Positions 1-11,425 of a stretch of DNA of 64,000 bases are shown piece after piece. The notes beneath the pieces are model-generated. The model did not search any database, was not told the DNA's origin, and saw only the letters and a list, made by a program, of their open reading frames with translations. Position 1 is the first letter of the stretch. Every line of letters begins with the position of its first letter. Location of the stretch: contig JAHRHZ010000009.1 of NCBI GenBank assembly GCA_024137785.1, positions 12,534,406-12,598,405 on the forward strand, read 5' to 3'. Source of the stretch: Ginglymostoma cirratum. Its lineage: Eukaryota. The position numbers were made by a program, and so were the translations under genes.

Positions 1-735
1 TGTACCCGTTGTGGCTTCCTCTACATCGGGGAAACCAAGCGGAGGCTTGGGGACCGCTTTGCAGAACACCTGCGCTCAGTTCGAAACAAACAACTGCACC
101 TCCCAGTCGTGAACCATTTCAACTCCCCCTCCCATTCCTCAGACGACATGTCCATCCTGGGCCTCCTGCAATGCCACAATGATGCCACCCGAAGGCTGCA
201 GGAACAGAAAATCCTATTCAGCCTGGGAACCCTGCAGCCCAATGGTATCAAAATGGATTTCACAAGCTTCAAAATCTCCCCTCTCGCAACCGCATCCCAA
301 AACCAGCCCAGCTTGTCCCCGCCTCCCTAACCTGTTCTTCCTCTCACCTATCCCCTCCTCCCACCTCAAGCCGCACCCCCATCTCCTATCTACTAACCTC
401 ATCCCGCCCCCTTGACCTGTCCATCCTCCCTGGACTGACCTATCTCCTCCCTACCTCCCCACCTACACTCACCTTTACTGGCTCCATTCCCGCCTCTTCG
501 ACTTATCTGCCTCCTCTCCACCTATCCTCTCCTCTACCCATCTTCTATCTGCCTCCCCCTCTCTCCCTATTTATTTCAGAACCCTCTTCCCGTCCCCCAT
601 TTCTGATGAAGGGTCTAGGCCCGAAACATCAAGCTTTCCTGCTCCTATGATGCTGCTTGGCCTGCTGTGTTCATCCAGCTCCACACCTTGTTATCTCGGA
701 TTCTCCAGCATCTGCAGTACCTATTACCTCTGATA
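1..735 (+). mobile_element. Penelope-like retroelement (family 1) 3' end: GIY-YIG endonuclease C-terminus, pLTR and tail
   Basis: Frame 1 is open from 1 to 330: CTRCGFLYIGETKRRLGDRFAEH...NHFN...EQKILFSLGTLQPNGI; pyrimidine-rich UTR; hammerhead motif at 603-630. Confidence 0.9.
603..630 (+). ncRNA. Minimal type I hammerhead ribozyme motif in PLE pLTR
   Basis: CTGATGA-A-GGGTC(ta)GGCCC-GAAA-C-ATC: conserved core, stem II, NUH cleavage triplet. Confidence 0.7.
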
Positions 736-737
736 CC

Positions 738-855
738 AGAAACGTTAAGTCTGTTTTTTTTCCTTCACAGATGTTGCCAGACCTGCTGAGCTTTTCCAGC
801 AACCTTGTTTTTGTTCCTGATTTACAGCATCCGCAGTTCTTTCGGGTTTTGTTTG
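738..855 (+). mobile_element. PLE family 3 pLTR/tail fragment
   Basis: gaaacgtt...ccagacctgctgagcttttccagc...; related copies on the minus strand at 6244-6340 and 9850-9960. Confidence 0.6.
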
Positions 856-1084
856 ATTTATATAATTTGGGCTGGAATGTGGAGGGCACATTTGGGACAT
901 TTTCAGACAACAAAGTAGTCATGCAATGGATATTGTAGAGGCTAGCTGTAAACTCTAAAATAGTATACATGGGTTGGTGTAGTGGACAGGAGATTGACGT
1001 GGAGTTCAACTCTGCGAAGTGTGAGGCAGTGCATTTAGGGAGATCAAGCAGTAAACGGGAATACACAATAAACAGGTCGACTAC

Positions 1085-1720
1085 CCTCCCCATTTTGCCA
1101 TCACACTTGTACTTTTAAGTAATTCTTTGTCCTCAACTTTCAAAGTAGCTGTCTGTGACTCTCGACTTTCACATTTTCGGAGAACTGACTGTGAAGTAGT
1201 CGTACTAGCAGGTTCCATTGCCTTTCTCAAAAGTGCAAAATCACAACTGGGAAAGCCAAAGTTCACAAAGGTACAGACAGGATCTGAACAATTTTCACAA
1301 GTTAGTTTCTCGGCGACATCGAGAAAACAGTGTTGACGGCGGAGGACTCAGTCAGTATCATCGTGTAGGAATGAGTCTAGATTGGGATCATTTCTCGTTT
1401 AATCCGATCGCGGAGAGCAGACCGTATCTGATGCCGATTTGCGGGATCTGGGTGGTTCTGGTTGTTCCGCTGCTCCTTGGAATCTGGGCTCAGCGGCTGC
1501 AGGTTTGTCGGGGAATGGGAGAGGCCGGAGCTTGGATCTGAGGACGGAGCTGGGACTGAAGTGGTTCTCGGTGCACCCGGGCCAGAATGATCAAGATTCA
1601 TTTTTTTAATATATGTCTGATGTGATCTTTTTCTTCATCGACAGTTAACGGTTCGCATTTCAAAATAATAGAACAAAAGGAGCAAAGGGGAGAGATTTGG
1701 CTTGTAAATAGTGGGCGGCA
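1085..1720 (-). promoter_or_regulatory. CpG-rich non-repetitive segment, possible promoter/first exon of the next gene
   Basis: About 23 CpG in 1311-1656 against a CpG-depleted background; GGGCGG near 1712; strong-context ATG (gcaATGg) opening MEPASTTTSQSVLRK... Confidence 0.3.
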
Positions 1721-1741
1721 GCCAAATACATCTCATTTTAT

Positions 1742-1840
1742 GAGATAACAAGGTGTGGAGCTGGATGAACACAGCAGGCCAAGCAGCATCATAGGAGCGG
1801 GAAAGCTTGACGTTTCGGGCCTAGACCCTTCATCAGAAAA
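1742..1840 (-). mobile_element. Solo PLE family 1 pLTR fragment with hammerhead (1809-1836)
   Basis: Reverse complement reads ctgatgaagggtctaggcccgaaacgtc...ccttgttatctc; tcattttat on both sides. Confidence 0.8.
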
Positions 1841-2261
1841 AATCACGTCATTTTATATCCATTTTAAAGCTGGAATACATCAGCCAATGACTGAGTTGTA
1901 GTTTAAGAAACTAAACAAAAAGGAAGGAAATTTCCCTTCTGAATCCTTTAAGCAAATAATAGAGCAGTAGCAGTCTAAGTTCAGCGGATAGTCTAGAAGG
2001 GAAGTGCAATGTTGGCTTCACTTTGAAGGGAAAGGAATATAAAAGGCTGCTAACTTAGCCAGAGTACAACTTTTGATAAGTTGGTCATGGCAGCCTGGTT
2101 ATGGGTTTCTTGTGGCATAGTGGTAGAATCTTGGACCTGGAGGCCCAGGTTGAAGTCCTACCTGCTCCAGAGATGTTTAATAGCATCTCTGAACAAGCTG
2201 ATCAGGGGAATTAGAGGTGTGGGAATAAACCGTTCACACCTTGAGCCTGCTGCACCATTTG

Positions 2262-2543
2262 ATACAGTGTGGAAACAGGCACTTCAGCCCAGCAAGTCCA
2301 CACTGACCCTTCGAGCATCCCTCCTAGACCCATCCCCCTAATCTACAGGCAATTTAGCATGGCAAATCCACCTCATCTTCACATCTTTGGACTGTGGGAA
2401 GAAACCAGAGCACCCAGAGGAAACCCATGCAGATATGGGGAGAATGTGCAAACTCTATACGGAAATCACCCCAGGGTGGAATCGAAGCCAGGTCACTGGC
2501 GCTGTGAGGCAGCAGTGCGAACCACTGTGCCACTGTGCTGCCC
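2262..2543 (-). mobile_element. HE1-type tRNA-derived SINE
   Basis: tRNA-like head ggggcagcacagtggcacagtggtt..., V-SINE-like body, CR1-like tail gcctgtttccacactgta. Confidence 0.85.
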
Positions 2544-2589
2544 CTACAGTTGTGGCTGATCTCATCTTGGCCTATTACTCCAATCAAAA

Positions 2590-4875
2590 TGCAAATCTCA
2601 CACTTATCCACATGAAACTTCATCTGCCAAATTTTGTCCCAGATGCCTAACCCTACCTGTATCCATTTATATACTTCTTCATCGCAACTTACTTTCCAAT
2701 CTACTTTAGTGTCTTATGCAAATTTGGCTATAGTACTTTCTATCCCACCATCCAAGTCATTAATAGGGACTGTAAATAGTTGAGGTCTGATGACCAAACC
2801 CTCTGGCACCTCACTAATTACAACTTGCCAACTAGTAAAAGACCCATTTATCCCAATTGTCTGCCTTCTGTTGACTAGCCAATCCTGTATCTAAGCTAAT
2901 AAATTACCTGTAACCTTATGTGATCTTACCTTGTGTATTATCCTTTTGTGCAGCACCTTATCAAATACCTTCTGGAAGTTCAGATACACTATGTCTAAGG
3001 GAATCTCATTTTTCACATTGCTTGTTACGCCTTCAAAGAACTCTAGCAAATTAGTCAAACACAATTTACTCTTGATAAAACCTCTGATGGGTTGTATCTT
3101 GACATTCAAAATGTTCTGTTATTCCTTCTTTAGCAATGGATTGTAACAATTTCCCAACAACACTTTAAACTGAATCAGTCTGTTGTTTCCTACTTTCTGC
3201 CTCCCTTCCCTTTTTGAATAAGGGTGTTATATTAGCATTTTTCTATTCCACTGGAACCTTTCCAGCATCCAGGGAATTTTTGGAATACTGTAACAAATGG
3301 ATCTACTGTCTCTGTAGCCAGTTCCTTTAAAACCCACGATAACAGTCATCAGGTCCTGGAAACCTGTCTACCTTCAATCCCAATAGTTCCCTCAGTAATT
3401 TTTCCCTGGTGGTGATGATTGTTCTAAGTTCCTCTCTTCCAATAACCTCTGCTTTGCTTGTTACTGTCAATGATACTAGTGACCACCACCGTCAATACTG
3501 AGCAAAATATTGCTTTAGTGACAGTCATTTCTGTGTTCCGAACTATTAACTCCCCAGTCCCATCCTCCATATGGGACCAACATTCATTTTAGCTAGTCTG
3601 TTCCCTTCTATATACTTATGGAATCTTTTGTTGTCCATTTTCATATTTTGCACTAGTTTTCTTTCAGAATTTACCATTTGGTATTTTTAGGACTTTTTTG
3701 GAACATTTGTAGGTCTTTCAAATTTTCCCAATCTTTCAGCTTGTTACAGATCTTTGCAATATAGTATACCTTAATTTTTGTCTTTATATTATCTTAAACC
3801 TCCTTGCTCAGCCATGGATGGCTTTCCCCTCTTACAATATTTCTTCTTTTCTGGAATATCATTTAGTTGGGAGCAATTAAATAACTGATTAAACATCAGC
3901 CACTGCTCATCAATGGGGTGGCAGTGGTCTCGTGTTATTAATGCTGAACAGTTAATCCAGAGACCCCAGGTAATGTTCTGGTGACCTGGGTTCGAATCCT
4001 GCCATGGCAGATGGTGGAATTTGAATTCAGTAAATACCTGGAATTAAAGAGTCTAACAATGACCGTGGATCCATTGCCAATTGTTGCGGGGGGGGAAACC
4101 CATCTGGATCAGTAAAGTCCTTTGGGGAAGGAAACAGCCATTCTTACCTGGTCTGGCTTTAATATGAGCTCAGAACCCACAGCAATGTGGTTGATTCTTA
4201 ACTGCCCTCTGAGCAATTTGGGATGGGTAATAAATGCTGGCCTAGCCAACGAACCCTTCATCCTGTGAATGAATTAATTATATTCTCCTACTTTTTATTC
4301 TTCCCACCCAATCTCCTAGGGCCAGTTCAGCCCTCATGCCTACACGATTATCTTTGTTTAACTCCAGAAAGCTATTGTGGGACTCCAGCTTCTCATCGTC
4401 CAACTGAATTTGAAATTCTAGCAGGCTATGATCACTCTTCCCTACAGGATCCTTTACTTTGAGGTAATTAATTAATCCAACTTCATTATACAATCCTGAA
4501 TCCAGATTACCCTGCTCCCTGGTTAGTTCCACAACATATTGCTCCAAGAAACAATCTCTAATAAATTCAATGAACTCTCCATTAAGGTTACCCTTAACAA
4601 TTTGATTAATCCAGACTTTATGCATATTAAAAACACCAATGATTACTGCTATACCTTTCTTACAAGTCCCCAGTATTTCCTGGTTTCTATTCTGCCTGAT
4701 TGCAGGAGTACTGTTTGGGAACCTATAGATTACTCCCACCAGGGACGTCTTTCTCTTGCTATTCCTTACTTCTACCCAGACGGATTTTATTTGATCTCCA
4801 GTACTGAGGTCATTTCTCATGATAGCACTAATACTTTACTTACTAACAAAGCTAAATCACCTCCTTTTCCACAGT
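2590..4875 (-). mobile_element. Decayed CR1 LINE ORF2 (endonuclease and RT), interrupted by a SINE
   Basis: ORF remnants CLTNLLEFFEGVT...VYLNFQKVFDKV and SVWVEVRN...VGVIYR...KSDH. Confidence 0.85.
3915..4275 (+). mobile_element. tRNA-derived SINE with a LINE-shared 3' tail
   Basis: B-box gggttcgaatcc; tail gggatgggtaataaatgctggcc resembles the LINE end near 37000 and the short tails near 38480 and 39520; second copy on minus strand at 15135-15400. Confidence 0.7.
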
Positions 4876-4879
4876 TCCT

Positions 4880-5530
4880 TGAAGGCAGCGGGACAAAAAG
4901 AAATGGAGGTTGTGAAAGTATTTGGAATACTCGCCTTTATTGACAAAAACATTGAATATAAGAACAAGGAAGTTATGATGGGACCGTGTATAATGTTAGG
5001 CCATAGCTGGAGTACTGTGCGCGGTTCTGGTAGCCACACTATAGGAAGAATGTGAATGCAGTAGACAGGGTGCAGAGGAGATTTCCCAGGACTTTGCCTG
5101 CTTTGAAGCATTTCTATTATGAAGAGAGACTGTATTAGCCAGGATTGCTTTCCTTAAAGCAGGGAAGACTGAGGGGTGATCTGATTGAGTTCTGAGGGGT
5201 ATAGACAGGGCAGATAGTGAAAATCCTTTCCCCTTAGTGGAAGATTCAATAACCAGGGAGCACAGTTTTAAGTCAAGGAGCAGGAGATTTAGAAGGGATT
5301 TGAGAAAAATAATTTCACCCAGAGTATTTTGGGTATCTAGTACTCACTACCTGAAAGCGTGGTAAAGGCAAGGACCCTTGAAACATTAAAGAACTATTTA
5401 GATGAGCTCTTGAAATGTCATAGCATACAAAGTTATGGGTGATGTGCTGGAAAATGGGATTAGAATAGATGGATGTTTGATGACTAGCTTGGACACAAAG
5501 GGCCAAAAGGTCTCTTTCTGTGCTCCAAAA
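4880..5530 (+). mobile_element. CR1 LINE 3' fragment
   Basis: GILAFIDKNIEYKNKEVM remnant and CR1 3' UTR. Confidence 0.8.
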
Positions 5531-5834
5531 TTAATGAATAAATAATTTAATCACTTTTGTAAATTTCCATGGTAGTGGTGGTTGGCAAGCCCTCAAGGAA
5601 TCCCAAGAGCCTAGAAATGTTACAAAACTTTTCAATATATTTGTAGTGAGATAAGATAACTACTTGGAGATGGGTCAGCATACTTCTAATATATTTTCTT
5701 CAATTCAATAGTGGGTTATTCACAGGTCGGTGATTAATGCCAAACATATATAATTCCGGCATTCACAGCTTGAATAGAGTTGATTTAATAGTTATTGGAA
5801 AGCTTATTTTTGTGCTGTACTATCAAATGAGTGC

Positions 5835-6340
5835 AGAGATAGCAAGAACTGCAGATGCTAGAGTCAGAGATAACAAAGTGTGGAGATGGAGGAACGCAGC
5901 AGGCCAGGCAGCATCAGAGGAACAGGAAAGTTGACGTTTCAGGTCGGGACCCTTCTTCAGAGATGGGGAGGGGGAGGGGAACTCAGAAATAAATAGAGAG
6001 AGGAGGGGTGGGGCTGGGGAAGGTAGGTGGGATGGTGATAGGTGAGTGCAGGTAGGCAATGGTGGGGATTGGTCAGTGAGGTGGGAGGAGCGGGTAGGTG
6101 GGAGAGAAGATGGACAGGTTGTGTCAGGTCAAGGAGGTGGGATGAGGGAGGGTTGGTCATGGGATGAGGTGGGGAGATTTTGAAACTGGTAAAGTCCACA
6201 TTTAGACCATTGGGCTGTAGGCTCCCAAGGCGGAATATGAGGTTAAAAACCGAAAGAACTGTGGATGCTGTAAATCAGGAACAAAAACGAATTTGCTGGA
6301 AAAGCTGAGCAGGTCTGGCAGCATCTGTGAAGGAAGATAT
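5835..6340 (-). mobile_element. PLE family 1 3' fragment (hammerhead 5933-5960) abutting a family 3 fragment
   Basis: Reverse complement reads LGSLQPNGLNVDFTSFKIS, then ctgaagaagggtcccgacctgaaacgtc. Confidence 0.85.
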
Positions 6341-9300
6341 GGTTGTGATATCAGAATGGGTGGGTATTCTGCTGCACCAGACTACTGACCATCCAAGTGA
6401 GATGCCAATCAAACCTGTCAACTTGGAACAGAATCTTCTGTCAGCTGCCATCTCAGCACGGCCTGTTCTGCTGAGTTGCTGTGGGATTAAGTGAAAAGGA
6501 AAAGATTTAATGTGAATATGTATGAACAGCACTCAGAATTATTTGCTTTGTCAAAATTTTCTTTTGTCCCAAATGGTTAGAGCTATCAATTTTTGATTCA
6601 AGGCTTTTCAGTAGAATTTACTGAAATACCTACCCCCACCTCACCTCAATCCCCAATGGTTCCATTATTTTATTATTTGGCAAGTTTAAAAACAGGTCGG
6701 ATTTTAATAAATGAATCCTTGGAATTATGAAACTGACTTGACATCAAAATCCAGCTCGAACCAAAAAGATTTTTTCGATCAATTATTAAAAAGAAAACTC
6801 AAAGTGACAGAGCTCTTCAGACTGCCTGGACAGAGAAGTTCGCAGGGGTGTGATATTTACATTTCAGAATTTGATCTGATATCTTCTATAAGGCTTTAAT
6901 GCAGTCATGTGATTTTTCTCAACAATTTCTAATGGTCCTGAAACTTCTCTGGGAGTTCATACCATCTCTGTGAAATTACAACAGCAAACTGTGGCATCTA
7001 GCATGATTTTCAGAGCCATTTTGGGAGTGTGTGGGGGGAGTGGGGGCTAGGGCCAGTTGGGGGGAGGGTAGGGACAGTGTGTGTGGGGGTTTGGGGGCAT
7101 AGAGACTGTGTGTGCAGGGGGTGGGATTGGGGACAGTATCTATGGTTTTAAAACTGGTATCAGTGGGAGAGGAGTGAGGAGGTGGCGGGGGGAAGTTAAG
7201 GACATATAAGGACCGAGGATGGGTCGGAGTGAGAATGCCTTGTCACCATTTTCTCCGGTTCTGGTCTACACCGCACCTCACCTACTCCCTCTTCCTCTTC
7301 CCACTCATTCCCCTTCACTGCCCTCGCTCATGCCTCACTTTTCCCCCACCACTCCCCTCCTCCCCCATCCCTTCCCTCTCCCTCTCCCTCCCCACCTCCT
7401 TCCCCTTCCCCTCAGTGGGCTGTTCAGCACTTTGAGCCTGTTACAGCACTGCACTACATCGTGGATGATCTATATTTCTGTTTGCCCTCAGGTTGAAGAA
7501 TGACAAGTGGAGGACATTGAACCAGATGTTCAATCAACATAATGACAGAATCGATCAGAGAAGGGCTGAGACTGGAGACAGAGCACGGGTCTGACTGAAA
7601 ACTGGAGCACACCAATGTCACAATCACCTTAACAGCTTTGTGGAGTTTTCTTGAAGTTATCTTTGATTTGGATGCGAATATGTGTGTGTTAACTGTGGAG
7701 TGTGAGTCTAAATAACAGAGTGCTAAGCCTCCTGTATGCAAAAGCATAGTTATATGTTTGAAGAGATTATAGTTTTTGTTTTTACATTCCTCAGTGTTTG
7801 CTGCAAAGAAACAAATGTCACAATTTCAAACAAAATTAGTCACCGATGAAGATAATAATCATGGGGTAAGGTGAATATTAACTTGAACTGTTGAGCATGA
7901 CTGCGGCAGCACTGGAAGTATCCAGGGTTAGCATCATGTTTACTCTGAATGACCCCAAACAGTTGAGAAAATTCAATCAGGAGGTGACAAATAGGAGAAA
8001 GGTTGTGTTCCCCCAATGTCAGTCAGATTCTCTCTCACATGCAGGCCAGCTTGAGCTCCGCCAATCAAGGCTACCTCTTTCCTGATTTTGTTGCTGTTCC
8101 CAATCTCTTGATTGGACCTGGGGAGGTGTAGGAAGATGTGTCTGTTTTGTTCCTAAACACACAGACTTGGATTGAGATGGACAGCAAACAGTTAATATTT
8201 ACTAACACTTGAGAGTGTACACAGGGAGCTATTATCAACAATTGTACAAATCAGTTATGCTATAATGCGTGTTTCTTCGATGCAAATTGACTTTAATGCG
8301 ATTGAAGAGTTTGTAGAACGTGAACTTTCCTTACCTGTATTGGCTATAACACGATTCTGGCCCCATTAGTTTAAACGGCATGGCTATTGTGTGATGTTCT
8401 TATAACCCGAGACCACACGAGAATGATGCAAATAGAGAATTTCTTATTGCAGCTGTATTAGGTGATAGTGAGACCACCTCTGGAGTACTGTGAGCGGTTG
8501 TGGTCACCTTATCATTTCATTGGAGTCAGTTCAGAGAAGGTTTGTGAGTATGGAGGAATTGTCATTTGAGCAAAGACTAATCAGGTTGGACTGTGTTCAC
8601 TGGAGTTTAGAAAAATGAGAGGTGATCTAATTGAAACATATAGGGTTCTTAACAGGCTGTCTGCAGCTCGCACTCCGGCTGCTCAACTCAAATCTGAAGT
8701 TCCTCGAGCTGCAAACACTAAGTAGAAATGTGTTGACTCTGGATCACATTGTTGTCCAGCTGCTTCCACATGTTACAGCAGCAACACATCACCTGTTCTG
8801 CTATCACTGTCATATTTGATTAATATAGATTTTTTTTTACTCAAAATTCCTGCTCTTTATACTTCACTGTAATGATATATTGTTTTTATAAACCAAAAAA
8901 ACCCACAGTGTCAATCTAATACTTAAGCAGCCATTTTTAAGAAAGGAAAAATATTTACTGGAAACCTAAACACAGAATGAAGACCTCATTTGTACATTGG
9001 TGAATATTTCTATTCTTTAGTCCTACTCACCAAGCTAGGACTGAGGTGTCCTTAAATCAGAAAGCTTAGCATGCAGGACCAGCAAATAATTAAGCAAGTA
9101 ATTAGAACAGAGGTCTTTATTTTAAGGGGAAAGGAGTTTTTTAAATTCTTTTATGAAATGTTTGTGTGACTGGCAATGCCACTGTCTAATACTTGTCCCT
9201 AAAATTCCTGAGAAGGTGTTGGTGAGCTGCTGCCTTATTACCTTACAGTCCGTTTGGTATTGATACAACCACAATGATACTAGGGATGGAGTTCTAGGAT

Positions 9301-10474
9301 TTTCACCCAACAACACTCAAGTAATGATGATGTAGGGCTGAATGGTGATTCAATTTAGAAAGTTATGGCAAGATTGGAAAAATGATATTCTCAGTGTTGA
9401 CAGAAGAAAGCTCAATTCTGCAACCAGGTTTTAAATGGCAAGATGAGAATCTTGCTTGTGAGTGACAAGTGACCTATTTGTATGCTGTTAGTACCTAACA
9501 TTACTTCAACTATATGCAGTTTCATATTCTTTTACATGCTGGAGAGAATATAGGTGGCACCAATTCCTGATATTAAAGGTAGAGCGTGTACGTGGCGACT
9601 CTAGCTCACAGCTCACTATGGATAAGTAATCTTATAACTGAGGCTGGAGGGGTGTAAGCTGCTCTAGGGCTACTATTACATAGGTTACATCATAAACAAC
9701 ATTTTTTTCCCCAGTTACCTAGATGATCAAATAAATATGTTATCTATATTATGTTTTTTTAAAAAATTAATCAGGTTTCAAATAAAAACAAAATCATCCA
9801 TTTATTATAATCCAAAGCTTATTCAATAAACAAGCAAAATTAGCTGAAATACAGAACAAAAACAAAGTTGCCGGAAAAGCTCAGCAGGTCTGGCAGCATC
9901 TGTGAAGGGAAAAACAGAGTTAACATTTCGGGTCCAGTGACCCTTCCTAAGAACTCAAACTATAGTCTGTAATATGAAAGCATGATTTTTTTATCCCTCT
10001 AAATAACCTAAAACATACATACACAAACACAAACACACACAGATAAAGAACAGATTTTTCTGCAGAAATTGGTTTTCTGAGAGAATAAAAATATTAGGCC
10101 ACTAGATTTCAAAGGCTTGAAGAAGATAAAGATCAGGTGTGGAATGTTCATACCATCTGCCAGTGAGTGGTCTGCTGCTTATAAATAGGTCACCAAACAC
10201 ATGCAGTAGTAAGTGAGGTCTTGGCAAACACAGCTTGCTCAGGAGACACAATATTAAGAATTTTTTTTTTTTAAGTTAACATTTCCAGAACAAACACGTT
10301 TCATCCTGTACTCTCGACAAGATGGTTTTTCAGAAACAGGAGGTCAGCTATGTAGCCTGGATTTTTCCTTAATTGAAGACCAGAAGAAACTCCAAACTTA
10401 ATACTGTTCAAAAAACCCCAGAGGATGTCTTCACCAAAAAATAGCAATTATTACAAATCATACCATTTCTAGGA

Positions 10475-10611
10475 TAACAAGCATGGGGCTGGATGAACAC
10501 AGCAGGTCAAGCAGCATCATAGGAGCAGGAAAACTTGACGTTTCGGGCCTAAACCCTTCATCAGAAAAATTTTTTCGGATTCTCCAGCATCTGCAGTACC
10601 TTTTATCTCTG
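10475..10611. mobile_element. Miniature inverted PLE insertion with 15-bp TSD
   Basis: Inverted pLTR with hammerhead (10537-10564) plus direct tail; ataccatttctagga at 10460-10474 and 10612-10626. Confidence 0.85.
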
Positions 10612-10895
10612 ATACCATTTCTAGGAGCCTTTTCCAAAAAGGACCAATGTCTACAGTAATATTTCAGTTTCCTTTAAAGAAACTAATCGAGGTATCTTCA
10701 CATTAATTCATAAATTAATTTTTTCACAAATGTCCAAAGCTCAGTTGTTCAAATGTTCAAATCTGAAACATCTTCACAACCTCATCCTTGAAAAGAATGA
10801 AACATTGTTTTTGAATGTATTTCTTTGCAAAGTATGGACAAAAGTAAGTTCTTTTAAAAAAACTAAAACATTTACGTAGTTGTTATTGTTTCTTA

Positions 10896-11212
10896 GAGTC
10901 CTTACTGTATGGAAACAGGCCATTTGGCCCAACAAATCCACACCGACCCTCTGAAGGACATCACACACAGGCCATCCCCCATCCAATACTTGTCATGGCT
11001 AACGCATCTACACATCCTTGGCCACTATAGGGCAATTCAGCATAGCCAATCCACCTAACTTGCACATCTTTGAACTGTGGGAGGAAACCCACGCAGACAA
11101 GGGGAGAGTGTGGCAACTCTACACAGGCACCCAAGGCTGGAATTGAACCCAGGTTCCTGGCACTGTGAGGCAGCAGTACCAAGCACTGAGCCACTGTGGT
11201 GCTGTGCTGCCC
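10896..11212 (-). mobile_element. HE1-type SINE
   Basis: Same head, body and tail as the 2262-2543 copy. Confidence 0.85.
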
Positions 11213-11425
11213 CACTCTTAATAGCTATAGTCATTGCTGATGCCTTCCTTTCATTCAGATAATCCAAATATTTATATTCTTGACAAAGTATCAGTGATTT
11301 CAATGTTTTCCCCACAAAAACGGAGGGAGTGCAACAGAAGTTTAACAGACTGATTCCTGAGGTGGCAGGACTGATGTATTTAGAGCGACTGGATCGGTTA
11401 GGTCTATATTCATTGGAGGAAGAAA

